Shown: one piece after another, positions 10,931-21,731 of the stretch
Numbering within the stretch: position 1 is the stretch's first letter
Layout: the number at the start of each line of letters is the position of its first letter
Source: Tetramitus jugosus
Taxonomy: Eukaryota > Protista > Heterolobosea
DNA: 64,000 nt
Assembly: GCA_937625935.1 (NCBI GenBank)
Contig: OW569351.1
Span: 1 to 64,000 of the forward strand
Direction: 5' to 3'
Program-made: the position numbers and the translations under genes
The notes under the pieces: generated by a model
The model's database searches: none
The model's input: the letters and a program-made list of their open reading frames with translations, nothing else
Told to the model about the DNA's origin: nothing

Positions 10931-12331
10931 ATGGTGGCGATAAATTTCAAAGAATACCAATTTCTTTTTGCCAATATCATTTGTCACTCCCAAGCCATCC
11001 AACAGCTCAGACTATTCATGCATAGACACCACAATTCCGAATTGATTGACTTTTGTGTTGCATGCTTCAACTTGGTCAATGAGTCCAAATATCAACTACT
11101 ACCCAACGTCCAAAAGGTATATGATACCTATGTGAGAAGAACGAGTGCTATGCAAGTAAATGTGAGTGCTGAGGATGTGAGGCGAATTGACGAGTTGATG
11201 GTCCAGTTTGAAGCGATACATGAAGATCATAGAACAGGAGAGATAGCACGGAGTATATTCTACCCGGGTCTCGTATCCATTCTTCACTATATTGAGACTA
11301 ATACGTTTCCTAGGTTCGTGAGAAGTGATCAATGGCTTAAATGGGTAAAAACCAATTGTAGATCACTACGTGAATTAGAACAGCTAGCTGTTCATAGATC
11401 ACAGTTGCACCAATTGTTTATTACTTGTAATGATGAAGAAAGAACAATCATGACCGGTAAGGATATAGCTATTTTGAATAATTTGCAACGAGATGGAATT
11501 GATTGGCACTTGTTCCACAGCAATAAACACAAGGGAAAATATGTCGATTCATTTATGGTATTTCAGAGTCGATTGAATGCTCTCGATGATGAATGCACAA
11601 GAAAATATGGGAAAACTAAAGCTTTCAAATGTATTTGGCAGTTTAATTGTCCCAGTATTGTGATATTCAAGCTAATGTATAGTAAGGAACACTACGCCCA
11701 TATATTTAGTATTGCTCCAGAACATAATGAACCTAGATTAATTCATGTAGATGACTCCCAAAACATGAATGTCAATGCTCAAAATGTAAAATTTAATAGT
11801 TTTACATCCTCACTCGATGTGAATTATGGTATACCGTTTATGAAAACTAGAGAAATGCACATGTGTGGAGCAACGCTGCACAACCCGGAAACAGGTACCA
11901 TCTACGATGTATTAAAGCCAATTCCAGCTAGCTTCAATCGTGTCCCAGACACAACATCACCTGAGACACAAACACAAAAGACTCGGAAAGTCCCGATGAG
12001 ATTCTATCTTTTCCAAGTGTTTCAAGATCTTGGTGAGAATAAGTGTCAATTGATCACAGTGTACATTACCAACAGAGGAGGGAAGATTGATGGAAATAGT
12101 AGAATTTCCAAATGGCTCAATGGAGCTACAATATTGCGAGGAATAGTACGATCTGCACAAAGCAAAGAGGAGGCGTTGGATTGGTACTATGAATCAGGAA
12201 GGCCTGAACTGACGGACATGCTAGGAAAATTTCAACTCATGCATCTCAACAAATCCATAGCCATGTCCCTCCCCTCGCAAATCACAACCACTTTGTCAGA
12301 CATTGACAAACGAAAGAGTCTTGTTGTATAA
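10931..12331 (+). CDS. RGS domain protein with probable C-terminal START-like domain
   Basis: NSELIDF, YDTYV..SAMQVNVS, TFPRFVRS RGS motifs. Confidence 0.8.
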   Translation: MVAINFKEYQFLFANIICHSQAIQQLRLFMHRHHNSELIDFCVACFNLVNESKYQLLPNVQKVYDTYVRRTSAMQVNVSAEDVRRIDELMVQFEAIHEDHRTGEIARSIFYPGLVSILHYIETNTFPRFVRSDQWLKWVKTNCRSLRELEQLAVHRSQLHQLFITCNDEERTIMTGKDIAILNNLQRDGIDWHLFHSNKHKGKYVDSFMVFQSRLNALDDECTRKYGKTKAFKCIWQFNCPSIVIFKLMYSKEHYAHIFSIAPEHNEPRLIHVDDSQNMNVNAQNVKFNSFTSSLDVNYGIPFMKTREMHMCGATLHNPETGTIYDVLKPIPASFNRVPDTTSPETQTQKTRKVPMRFYLFQVFQDLGENKCQLITVYITNRGGKIDGNSRISKWLNGATILRGIVRSAQSKEEALDWYYESGRPELTDMLGKFQLMHLNKSIAMSLPSQITTTLSDIDKRKSLVV

Positions 12332-12637
12332 TGCTCTGTCGTTGGCAAGGGCTCTAGGAACGGTCCTCCAACAGAACTTTGTTTCGAATTGAAAGAAGAA
12401 CCCTTGTTCCATATGGCTCCAGGCGAGGTTTTTGCTTGGGCCGTTGCCTCGTTTTGTCCTCGCACGTGTTCAGAAAATGAAGAATCAACCAAGATTTTTG
12501 CCACGCGTTTTACCTGCGCGAAGGATCTTGATTGCAGCCTTGTCGCCCAATCAGGATCATCCGTCCCCTTCTCCACACACAAACACAACCAAAAAACAAC
12601 AACCTTTCTCAACACTTTACACATCCTACATCACACA

Positions 12638-15600
12638 ATGATGAGAAGAGCGATCACTGGCACTGCTAAGTCTACTCGTCGTCAAGCAAACAACACCAAC
12701 AGACTTGTGAATCAAAGATCCTCTTTGAACTATCTTCTCGCTCAAATTGTCTTGAGTGCTCAACAGCAATGTATGTGTCAAATTTTGAAGAATTCTTCTT
12801 CTCTCCTTTCTCATTCATCACAACACAAAAAAGCACGGTGGCGCCTCTTACCGTCATCACATGTGAAAAAAAAACGACATTTTTTCCCCCCAAGTGGCGT
12901 ATTTTTAACACACTCATTTTGCTTATTCCACAACAATAGCTGCTACCAGAAGCATTTCTGACAATATTGCCAACAAGCACAACCACTTGGAATCATTGGA
13001 CACATTCCCTAGAAGACATTGCTATCAACCAACCAAGAAGTCTGAGGCCGTGAATGACAATCCTGCTGATGAAGATGCTGTTACTTCCATGTTGAACACT
13101 GTGAATCCATCATTCAAGAGTGTGGAAGACTTGGTGCAACAAGTTGTGCCAAAAAATATTTACTTTGGTGAGAGTCATAGAATGCACTTTGATTTTGAGA
13201 AGGACATTGACAGATTGAACAATAGTGGTGAACAAGGAATCTTGCGTGAGTTGTATGAGAACTATGCCAAGCAAAACAAGGTTCTCAAGTCATTGATTGG
13301 TACCGGTTATTACAACACAATTACTCCGCCAGTCATCTTGAGAAACATTTTGGAGAGTCCATTGTGGTACACTCCATACACTCCTTATCAGGCAGAAATC
13401 TCTCAGGGTAGATTGGAGAGTTTGCTCAACTTCCAAACTGTTACCTGTGAATTGACTGGTTTGCCAGTTGCCAATGCATCGTTGTTGGATGAGGCTACAG
13501 CTGCTGCTGAGGCAATGAATTTGTGCTTCTCTAGATTGACAAAGAATGTTCAAGACGAAAAGAATCACTTCTTTGTGAGTGACAAGGTTCACCCACAAAC
13601 CATTGGTGTCTTGAAGGCTAGAGCTCTTCAAAAGGGTATTGACGTCATTGTTGGAGACTACTCTCAAATCAACTATGACAAGGTTTGCGGTGTTTTGCTC
13701 CAATATCCAGACACAACTGGTTTGGTTGCTCAAGATTTGGAACAATTTGTCAAGAATGCACACGAAAAGGGTGCTATGGTTGTTGTTGCCACTGACTTTT
13801 TGGCATTAACTGTTTTGAGACCTCCTGGTGATTTCGGTGTTGATATTGCAGTCGGTAGTGCTCAAAGATTTGGCGTTCCACTCGGTTATGGTGGTCCTCA
13901 TGCCGCTTTCTTTGCTGTGAGAGATGAATTGAAGAGAATGATTCCAGGTAGAATTATTGGTATATCAAAGGACTCCAACGGAACCAAGGCATACAGAATG
14001 GCTCTTCAAACCAGAGAACAACACATTAGAAGAGATAAGGCTACTTCCAACATTTGTACTGCACAAGCATTGTTGGCAAATATGGCTGCAATGTATGCTG
14101 TCTATCACGGACCAAAGGGATTGAAGGCTATTGGTAATGTAGTTCACGAAAAGGCTGCCATTATCGCCAATGGATTGAAGGCTCAAGGTCATAAGATCTT
14201 CAACGGTCAAGAAAATGCACTTTTCTTTGACACTATCCAAGTCACTTTGGCTGGAGAATCTGCTGATGCTGTTATGAATAGAGCTGTCAAGGCAGGATTC
14301 AACCTGAGAAAGTTTGATGACAAGACTGTTGGGTTGTCCGTTGATGAGACCACTACTGGAAAGGATATTGAAGCAATTTTGAGAGTCTTCAACTCCAAGG
14401 CTACTGTTAGCGAGTTGTTGAATGGCGATAATAATTTGATTGCCAAATCACCATTGAGCAGAACTGGAAAGTTCTTGCCTCACAAGGTCTTTAACTCCTA
14501 CCAAACAGAACACGAGTTGCTCAGATATATTACCAGATTGCAAATGAAGGATATCAGTTTGGCATACTCTATGATTCCACTTGGAAGTTGTACAATGAAG
14601 TTGAATGCCACAAGCGAAATGATTCCTATCACCTGGAACGAGTTCGCCAACATTCATCCATTTGCACCATTAGACCAAACTACTGGTTATCACAAGATGA
14701 TTACTGATTTGGACAGATGGTTGAGTGAGATTACTGGCTTTGCCAAGGTTTCTATGCAACCAAACGCTGGTTCTCAAGGTGAATTTGCTGGTTTGATGGC
14801 CATTAAGCAATACTTGGATGTCAATGGTGGTAAGAACAGAAATATCTGTTTGATTCCAACCAGTGCTCACGGAACTAACCCTGCCTCAGCAGTCATGGCT
14901 GGCATGAAGGTTGTTGTTGTTGCTTGTGACAAGAATGGTAACATTGATGTCGCAGATTTGAAGAAGAAGGCAGAAGAACATGCTGACAATCTAGCTTGCT
15001 TGATGGTTACATATCCATCTACTCATGGTGTCTTTGAAGAAAGCATCATTGAGATGTGTGATACCATTCACAAGTATGGTGGTCAAGTGTACATGGACGG
15101 TGCCAACATGAATGCTCAAGTTGGTTTGACATCTCCAGCAAGAATTGGTGCTGATGTTTGCCACTTGAATCTTCACAAGACCTTCTGTATTCCTCATGGA
15201 GGTGGCGGCCCAGGTGTTGGTCCAATCGGTGTCAAGGCACATTTGGTTCCTCACTTGCCAGATCACCCTGTTGTTGACTTGTCAAGCTACGGTATCTCTA
15301 GCAAGCAATCATTTGGTCCTGTCAGTGCTGCTCCTCACGGTAGTGCATTGATTCTGCCAATTGTTTGGATGTACATCAGAATGATGGGTGCTCAAGGCTT
15401 GCGTAATGCTACTCAAATGGCCATCCTCAACGCAAACTACATGGCCAAGAGATTGGAACCACACTACAAGATTGTCTACAGAGGTCAAAGCGGTTATGTC
15501 GCTCACGAGTTTATCATTGATATCAACCCATTCAAGAAGACTGCTAATGTTGAAGCTGAAGATATTGCTAAGCGTTTAATGGATTATGGATTCCATGCAC

Positions 15601-15950
15601 CAACCATGAGTTTCCCAATCTCTGGCACTCTCATGATTGAACCAACCGAGTCTGAATCCAAACAAGAATTGGACAAGTTCTGTGATGCTCTCATTCAAAT
15701 CAGACAAGAAATTAGAGAGATTGAAGAAGGAAGAGTTGACAAGAACAACAACGTCTTGAAGAATTCTCCTCATGTCCAATTGAACATTTGTGCTGATCAA
15801 TGGGACAGACCATACTCTCGTGACTATGCTGCATTCCCAACCAAGGACTACCAGACTAAGGTTTGGCCAACAGTCAGTAGAATTGATGGTCCAGGAGGTG
15901 ACAGAAACCTCATTTGCACTTGCCCACCTCTTGACTCCTACACTAACTAA
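12638..15950 (+). CDS. GLDC: Glycine dehydrogenase (GCS P protein), mitochondrial; intron 12771-12939
   Basis: [45 protein letters not shown]; spliced N-terminal presequence in frame. Confidence 0.98.
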
Positions 15951-16011
15951 AAGAAATCAATGATCATTCGAATTCTAATCACAATAATTTATTCTTTATT
16001 ATACAATCGAC

Positions 16012-16824
16012 TTATTCCTTCTTTGCTCTTTTGATGGTTCGTCCAGTGTTACACTTTCCACTGCCAAATATGTGAACCAGCACCCAATCGTGCAACACCC
16101 ACAATAGTGCTTGGAAGTGGTGAAGATATTGAACCATGAGCAGAGGTGTTCGTTTCTTCATTTTCGTCGTCAAGAGCATGACAACAATAAAGGGAGCAAG
16201 AACAGAGAGAAGCAGAGGAGCCAACATCACCACAGCAACCTTTGAACTAATGCTGTGCTCGTATGCCTCCAATCCATCCAAATAATCAATCCATTTCTGA
16301 TCCAATTTATGCTCTCTGGCTCCTCTTCTCAACAATGTCAAATATCTCAGACTGGGCAAATAGTGATTCTTGTGCGTGTCATTGTGAGCAATCAACGCCC
16401 TCGCCACAAATTCCCTTCCATTGTAATCAATGCACTTGACATCTACATCTGAATAACCATATCCCTCATATCCCGATCCTCCTTCACTATATCTGATTCT
16501 CAAATATTCAGCAGGAGTGATCAAATGAGCCACTCCATGAAGTTCCGAAAGTGAGTTCTTCTTGTGAGGTTCCTCACCTGAACCATCTTCATTATGTTGT
16601 TCTTTTTCGTCTTGCACTTTTTCAATATTTGCAAATGCAGGTTCCAAATAGAATAGACCTCTCAAATCAAATGTAATGCGATATCCAGGCACTCGACATG
16701 CCACAGAGTCAACTGGTTTTATTCCTCTACGATTTTGAAGGACGTGTTTATCCATGTTGGAACCAAATGAGAAGTACCATAATCTTTCTACTGTGTCTTG
16801 TTGTTGTTGTTGTGTGGTTGTCAT
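16012..16824 (-). CDS. Gamma-glutamylcyclotransferase-like protein (GliK-like) with C-terminal hydrophobic segment
   Basis: YFSFGSNM, HGVAHLIT...SEG, PSLRYLTLLRRGAREHKL. Confidence 0.8.
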   Translation of the reverse strand: MTTTQQQQQDTVERLWYFSFGSNMDKHVLQNRRGIKPVDSVACRVPGYRITFDLRGLFYLEPAFANIEKVQDEKEQHNEDGSGEEPHKKNSLSELHGVAHLITPAEYLRIRYSEGGSGYEGYGYSDVDVKCIDYNGREFVARALIAHNDTHKNHYLPSLRYLTLLRRGAREHKLDQKWIDYLDGLEAYEHSISSKVAVVMLAPLLLSVLAPFIVVMLLTTKMKKRTPLLMVQYLHHFQALLWVLHDWVLVHIFGSGKCNTGRTIKRAKKE

Positions 16825-17141
16825 TGGTTGGTCTTGTTTGTTCTTTTGTTTGTTGTTTGCTAACTGTGTGTTTGGTGAATTTCAAAGTACTGTAAGGAGT
16901 ATTTAAGGGTTGGAGAGGGAAATTGGAGCTCCGTGGGGTGGAAATATTTGTGCGCATGAGAGGGAATCTGATCTACAGAAAATTGTACGCAAAAGGACCA
17001 CGCGTCCCGAGTTCTGAATGAACGCTGGAACCTGGTTTTCTCTTCTTTCACAGACCATAAATGCCTTTGCTGAAAGGTCAAGCGACTGGTTGAACAAAAT
17101 GCATTTTGGCGGCAAAAATTTGTCTTGAAAAACCAAAAACC

Positions 17142-19070
17142 ATGATTTCGCGCGCAACACTCAAACACCACCCAGCTGTACTTTGCAACTTGAACAACTG
17201 CAGCAACTCACCAACGCGGCTACTTGCTCGTTGTTACCACATTGCTCGTTCACACTCATCCACCTATCATTCTCCACATTTTCAACAACCACCACCATTC
17301 ATCATCTTCACTCATCACCACAACAACAATGACAGGCTACAACAACAACAACAACACCTGCAGCAATCCATGGATCATCATCGATCCTATTCAACTGCCA
17401 TCTTCCAACAACGCTTAGAAAATTCAAGCACCATTTTTGCCATTAGCTCTGGTAGTACTTCTTCCATTGCATTTTCCAACAAGAGTAACACTGGTATGAA
17501 GCGTCAATCGACTACTACAGTCTCACAAGTATCTGCGATTGCTGTTGTTCGTATCTCTGGACCCAAGGCCTCTCTTGTTTTATCTGATATGGTATCTCCC
17601 ATTTCCCGCCACCACCACCACCGTAAAACTTCCACTGGTAGTCACAATACTAAGAATACTAAGAATAGTAACAGTGACGAAAAGGCTGAAAAAAAGAGTC
17701 AGGTTACTCCTAGACGTGCCTACTATTGTAAGCTCAAGCATCCAAAGAGTGGACAGATATTGGATCATGCACTGTGCTTTTATTTTCCAGGTCCCAATAG
17801 CTTCACGGGGGAAGATGTTGTCGAGTTGCATATTCATGGTGGACACAGTGTTCAGAGTGATGTGATTGGTGCATTGTCTGATATTGATGAGAGTTTTCAA
17901 GTGGCTCAACCAGGTGATTTCACAAAGAGAGCATTTTTGAATGGAAAGATGGATTTGACAGAGGTGGAAGCTCTATCAGATCTGTTGCATGCTCAGACAG
18001 AGCAACAGAGACTACAGGCGTTGAAACAGTTGGATGGTTCTCTGAGTAAGATTATTGATACGTGGTCAAAAGATGTCATGTATGCGGTGGCTCATTTGAC
18101 TGCGTTTATTGACTTTGGAGAGGATGATGATATCAATGACAGTGTGTACCGATTAATATTGCCACGCATAGACAATTTGTGTCAACAGATACAAAAGCAC
18201 TTGTCACAGGGAAATAAGGGTGAGAGATTGCGCAATGGAGCACAAGTTGCACTGCTCGGACCTCCAAATGCAGGCAAGAGCTCACTACTGAATGTGTTGG
18301 CAAAGCGACCGGTTGCTATTGTGAGTGATATACAGGGAACAACGAGAGATGTTGTTGAAGTTCATTTGAATATAGAGGGATATGCAGTCACTGTTGCAGA
18401 CACGGCAGGTATTCGTCAAGATCAAAACGAGAATTATGCCATGCAACCAGGTGTGTCACAGATCAATGATATTGAGAGAGAAGGTATGATACGAGCATTG
18501 GATAGAGCAAAAGATGCTGATGTGCTCGTGTTGGTCATGGATCCAGACGATACGGAATCCAATCGACATTGCTTGCAGAGACTCAAAGAACAGCACAATG
18601 ACCAACAACATGTAGTCATTGTGCACAACAAGTCAGACAAGGTGAATAGATCTCTAACAGAGTCTTCCATTTCAACCGAGTACGCTAATTTGAATGCACG
18701 CGAGTTTTTGCTATCTTGCAAGACAGGTGAAGGCATTGATTCATTTGTGCAGTATTTAGGAGAATGCATGAAGATGATGTTTTCACCAACACACCAGCTG
18801 AATGCATCAACAATCACAGGAGAAACTTCACAAGATAAGTCAGCAACCTCTGACACGCAAGAACAAATCATCATTACTCGTGAGCGACATCGTCAAGCAC
18901 TGCAAAACTGTCTCGACAATCTGAAGCTCTTCCTCAAATATCATCAAGAGATTGATATAGCTGCCGAGTATCTACGGCAGGCACATGGCTATCTGGCATC
19001 CATCACAGGCCACGTCGACACGGAAGACATCTTAGGTTTAGTATTCAAGGAGTTTTGTATTGGAAAATAA
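17142..19070 (+). CDS. GTPBP3: Mitochondrial tRNA modification GTPase MnmE/GTPBP3
   Basis: AVVRISGP, SFTGEDVVELHIHGG, GPPNAGKSS, GTTRD, DTAG, NKSD, C-terminal FCIGK. Confidence 0.96.
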   Translation: MISRATLKHHPAVLCNLNNCSNSPTRLLARCYHIARSHSSTYHSPHFQQPPPFIIFTHHHNNNDRLQQQQQHLQQSMDHHRSYSTAIFQQRLENSSTIFAISSGSTSSIAFSNKSNTGMKRQSTTTVSQVSAIAVVRISGPKASLVLSDMVSPISRHHHHRKTSTGSHNTKNTKNSNSDEKAEKKSQVTPRRAYYCKLKHPKSGQILDHALCFYFPGPNSFTGEDVVELHIHGGHSVQSDVIGALSDIDESFQVAQPGDFTKRAFLNGKMDLTEVEALSDLLHAQTEQQRLQALKQLDGSLSKIIDTWSKDVMYAVAHLTAFIDFGEDDDINDSVYRLILPRIDNLCQQIQKHLSQGNKGERLRNGAQVALLGPPNAGKSSLLNVLAKRPVAIVSDIQGTTRDVVEVHLNIEGYAVTVADTAGIRQDQNENYAMQPGVSQINDIEREGMIRALDRAKDADVLVLVMDPDDTESNRHCLQRLKEQHNDQQHVVIVHNKSDKVNRSLTESSISTEYANLNAREFLLSCKTGEGIDSFVQYLGECMKMMFSPTHQLNASTITGETSQDKSATSDTQEQIIITRERHRQALQNCLDNLKLFLKYHQEIDIAAEYLRQAHGYLASITGHVDTEDILGLVFKEFCIGK

Positions 19071-19099
19071 ATATAAATTTAATGAAAACAATGTGAGTT

Positions 19100-21124
19100 T
19101 TACTCCCAGGTATCGCTTTGCTTCATTGGGGCAAAGTGTGCATTCACCTTCCTGAACTTGCCATTGTCTTGTGAAGTGGTTCCTCTGAGAGTATCGATAT
19201 CAATACCGGCCTTTCTGTTCCTCTCTGCCTCTTCCCAAGCAGCCGTATCAATCTTTTGAGCCTCCTTGGCTACTTCACCTCCAAGATCACTCTCAACAAC
19301 AATACCATTCTTGGCATTGTTTGAACCGAGACGTGGAGACAACTTTGTTGGTGCAAGATTGTTATTATTACTGTTCACAGAAGGTGTCAACTTGTTGGTT
19401 GAGCTCATGACTGATGCCACTGGATTATTATTACTAATAGCATTGTTGTTGTTGTTGTAACTGCCATTGTTAATACTTGTTGATCTCAACTTTGGAGCTT
19501 GATTCGCAGGAGGAAGAACAAATCCACCATTTCCAGATGAAGAAGAAGCAGCTGGTGCATTACGTGATGCATTGTTCGCACTAGTTGTTATTGATTCCCT
19601 TGGAGATGTCTTTGTCACTTCAAATCGAGGTGACGTCTTTGTCAATCCACCACCACTACTGCTGCTATTGTTGTTGTTATTGACTGGCATTGGTGGAGGT
19701 GGTGCAGGAGCTCCACTTGTTGTTGTTTTTGTGGCAGAGTATTGAGAAGGTTGATTTCTCTGTTGAATAGGTTGTTGTTGTTGTTGTTGAATAGGTGCTT
19801 GAGTGGTGGAGATGATTGGTGGACGTTGTTGTTGAATTGGTTGCTGTTGATTCATCATGTAATTGGAATTGGTTGCTGGCATTTGAGTCGAAGATCTCAT
19901 GTTGTTGCTATTGTTGTTCATTGTACCCATGGAATGAGCAACAGGCATTTGTCGTTGTTGTTCATATGCATTGCTGTTGTTGTTGTAGTTGTTTTGATAG
20001 TTATTATTATTGTGATAAGAACTAGTATTGTTGTTGACATTCAATTGTTGGAATTGATTCACCATGTCACTAGCACCACCACCAATAATATTATCATCAT
20101 CAAATGGATTGGATTCTACTGCAGCAGCAGTAGAGTAACGTTGTTGTTGTTGTTGTGGATATTGAGGTCCTCCATAAGCTTGTTGATATTGAGGTGGTTG
20201 TTGTTGTTGTTGTGGCATTCCATAGGATTGTTGTTGTTGTTGTTGCATTGGATTGCTATTATTATTATAATTGTTGTTATAATACTGTGGTTGTTGTGGT
20301 TGTTGATACACTGGTTGACGTTGTGGTTGTTGCGGTTGTTGAGATCCTTGAGTGGCTGATGATGAACGAGTGTCAAACATGTCCAACAAGTTGTTTGCTT
20401 TTTGTTGATAACCATTGTTGTTGTTCACTTGCTGAACACCACCACTGTTGTTATTGTTGTTAGCAACATTACGATTGGGTTGAATAGTAGTAGTCACCGT
20501 AGTAATGGTTGTTGTTCCATTGGGGTTCTGAGCAGCAGCAATGTTTTTTTCATTGATAATGACTGCACTGTTCAAGTTGTCATACTGATTCAAGTCGTCC
20601 TTGTGACTTCTGCTTCTGACACGAGGCATCTGCTGTGGTTGTGCAGACTTCATACCAAATGAGACATCATGCCACTGTTTTTGTATCTCGTCCTGAGATT
20701 TGAGGTTCAATGGACCACTGGTGCCACTGGAGCAAAACGCTTTTTCATCGTAAACTTTTGTAATGTACCTGTCGCAAGCCACCTTAAACTCCGCTTGGGA
20801 CTTGAATCGCTGCTCGTTTGGTTTGATCTCTTCCGGTTTTGGCGCATTCGGAGAGCGGAACCATATTTTTTCTGCTTCTAAATTGCCGCCTTTGAGCATG
20901 TGATCGACTTCGTCCTTGGAGAAGACGGAGAAACTAATGGTCTTGACACCGGGGTGGTGATGAGTACGGTGAATATCGGCACACATGTCACAGATGAATG
21001 TCTTGTAGGCCAAACAGACAAATGTTGGATTGCGTCTGTGACAGTCCATACAGTAGGAATTGCCTGGGAGTTGAAGCATCTTTCGTACTTTTTCTCTATA
21101 TCTTTCTTCGACTAGTTTACTCAT
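19100..21124 (-). CDS. ArfGAP domain protein (AGFG-like) with Q/N-rich tail
   Basis: CMDC-x16-CDMCADIHR zinc finger, GGN, NPF motif. Confidence 0.88.
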   Translation of the reverse strand: MSKLVEERYREKVRKMLQLPGNSYCMDCHRRNPTFVCLAYKTFICDMCADIHRTHHHPGVKTISFSVFSKDEVDHMLKGGNLEAEKIWFRSPNAPKPEEIKPNEQRFKSQAEFKVACDRYITKVYDEKAFCSSGTSGPLNLKSQDEIQKQWHDVSFGMKSAQPQQMPRVRSRSHKDDLNQYDNLNSAVIINEKNIAAAQNPNGTTTITTVTTTIQPNRNVANNNNNSGGVQQVNNNNGYQQKANNLLDMFDTRSSSATQGSQQPQQPQRQPVYQQPQQPQYYNNNYNNNSNPMQQQQQQSYGMPQQQQQPPQYQQAYGGPQYPQQQQQRYSTAAAVESNPFDDDNIIGGGASDMVNQFQQLNVNNNTSSYHNNNNYQNNYNNNSNAYEQQRQMPVAHSMGTMNNNSNNMRSSTQMPATNSNYMMNQQQPIQQQRPPIISTTQAPIQQQQQQPIQQRNQPSQYSATKTTTSGAPAPPPPMPVNNNNNSSSSGGGLTKTSPRFEVTKTSPRESITTSANNASRNAPAASSSSGNGGFVLPPANQAPKLRSTSINNGSYNNNNNAISNNNPVASVMSSTNKLTPSVNSNNNNLAPTKLSPRLGSNNAKNGIVVESDLGGEVAKEAQKIDTAAWEEAERNRKAGIDIDTLRGTTSQDNGKFRKVNAHFAPMKQSDTWE

Positions 21125-21731
21125 GTTATGTACAATCTGTGGATGTAGTTTTTTTCTGGTATGAATCTACTTGTTGTTGTTGTGGTTGCTGTTGCTGTGT
21201 TCTTGTGTTGATTTTGTTTTTTTTTGCTTTTTTTACTTTGGCGAACAATCAAATCACAATTTGTGATTCGGGATCGTATTTTGTGTGAGTGAACGAACTA
21301 TTGATATCTCCCAGGCAAGGGCGGCAAAAAAAATCTGGATTCGTGCTCAAAAGGATGACGACAAAGAAAGATGACATGCAAGATTTCGAATTGAAGGAAG
21401 TGTAAAGTTCGTTCCTCCTCGCTGTACCCTTCTAATTTCAAGTTCAATTGTGATCGTTTTTTCCCATCGAGGGAAGGGAAATTTCATGACAGAAAGAACA
21501 CTGACTTTGCTATTGTCGTCTCATGTGCAATACTTGTGAGATCAACTCTGCAAATAGCTGTGGAATTAAAACATTCATATAAACATACACTGCTATTGGA
21601 TCTCTCATCTCCAGACATTGGCATTGGATTGCAAGGACTTTCCCCTGTGGGAGGATATTGATTTTTGAGGAGGAGAAACGTGTGTTTTGGCTTCACAGAA
21701 AAAAGAAAGAAAGCTTCGAGAGTGAAAAATC

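Noticed and set aside
19400-20520. Antisense poly-Leu/Val/Cys ORFs over CAA/AAC tracts (also 31200-33500 and 62550)
   Set aside because: Shadow frames of Q/N-rich coding microsatellites.
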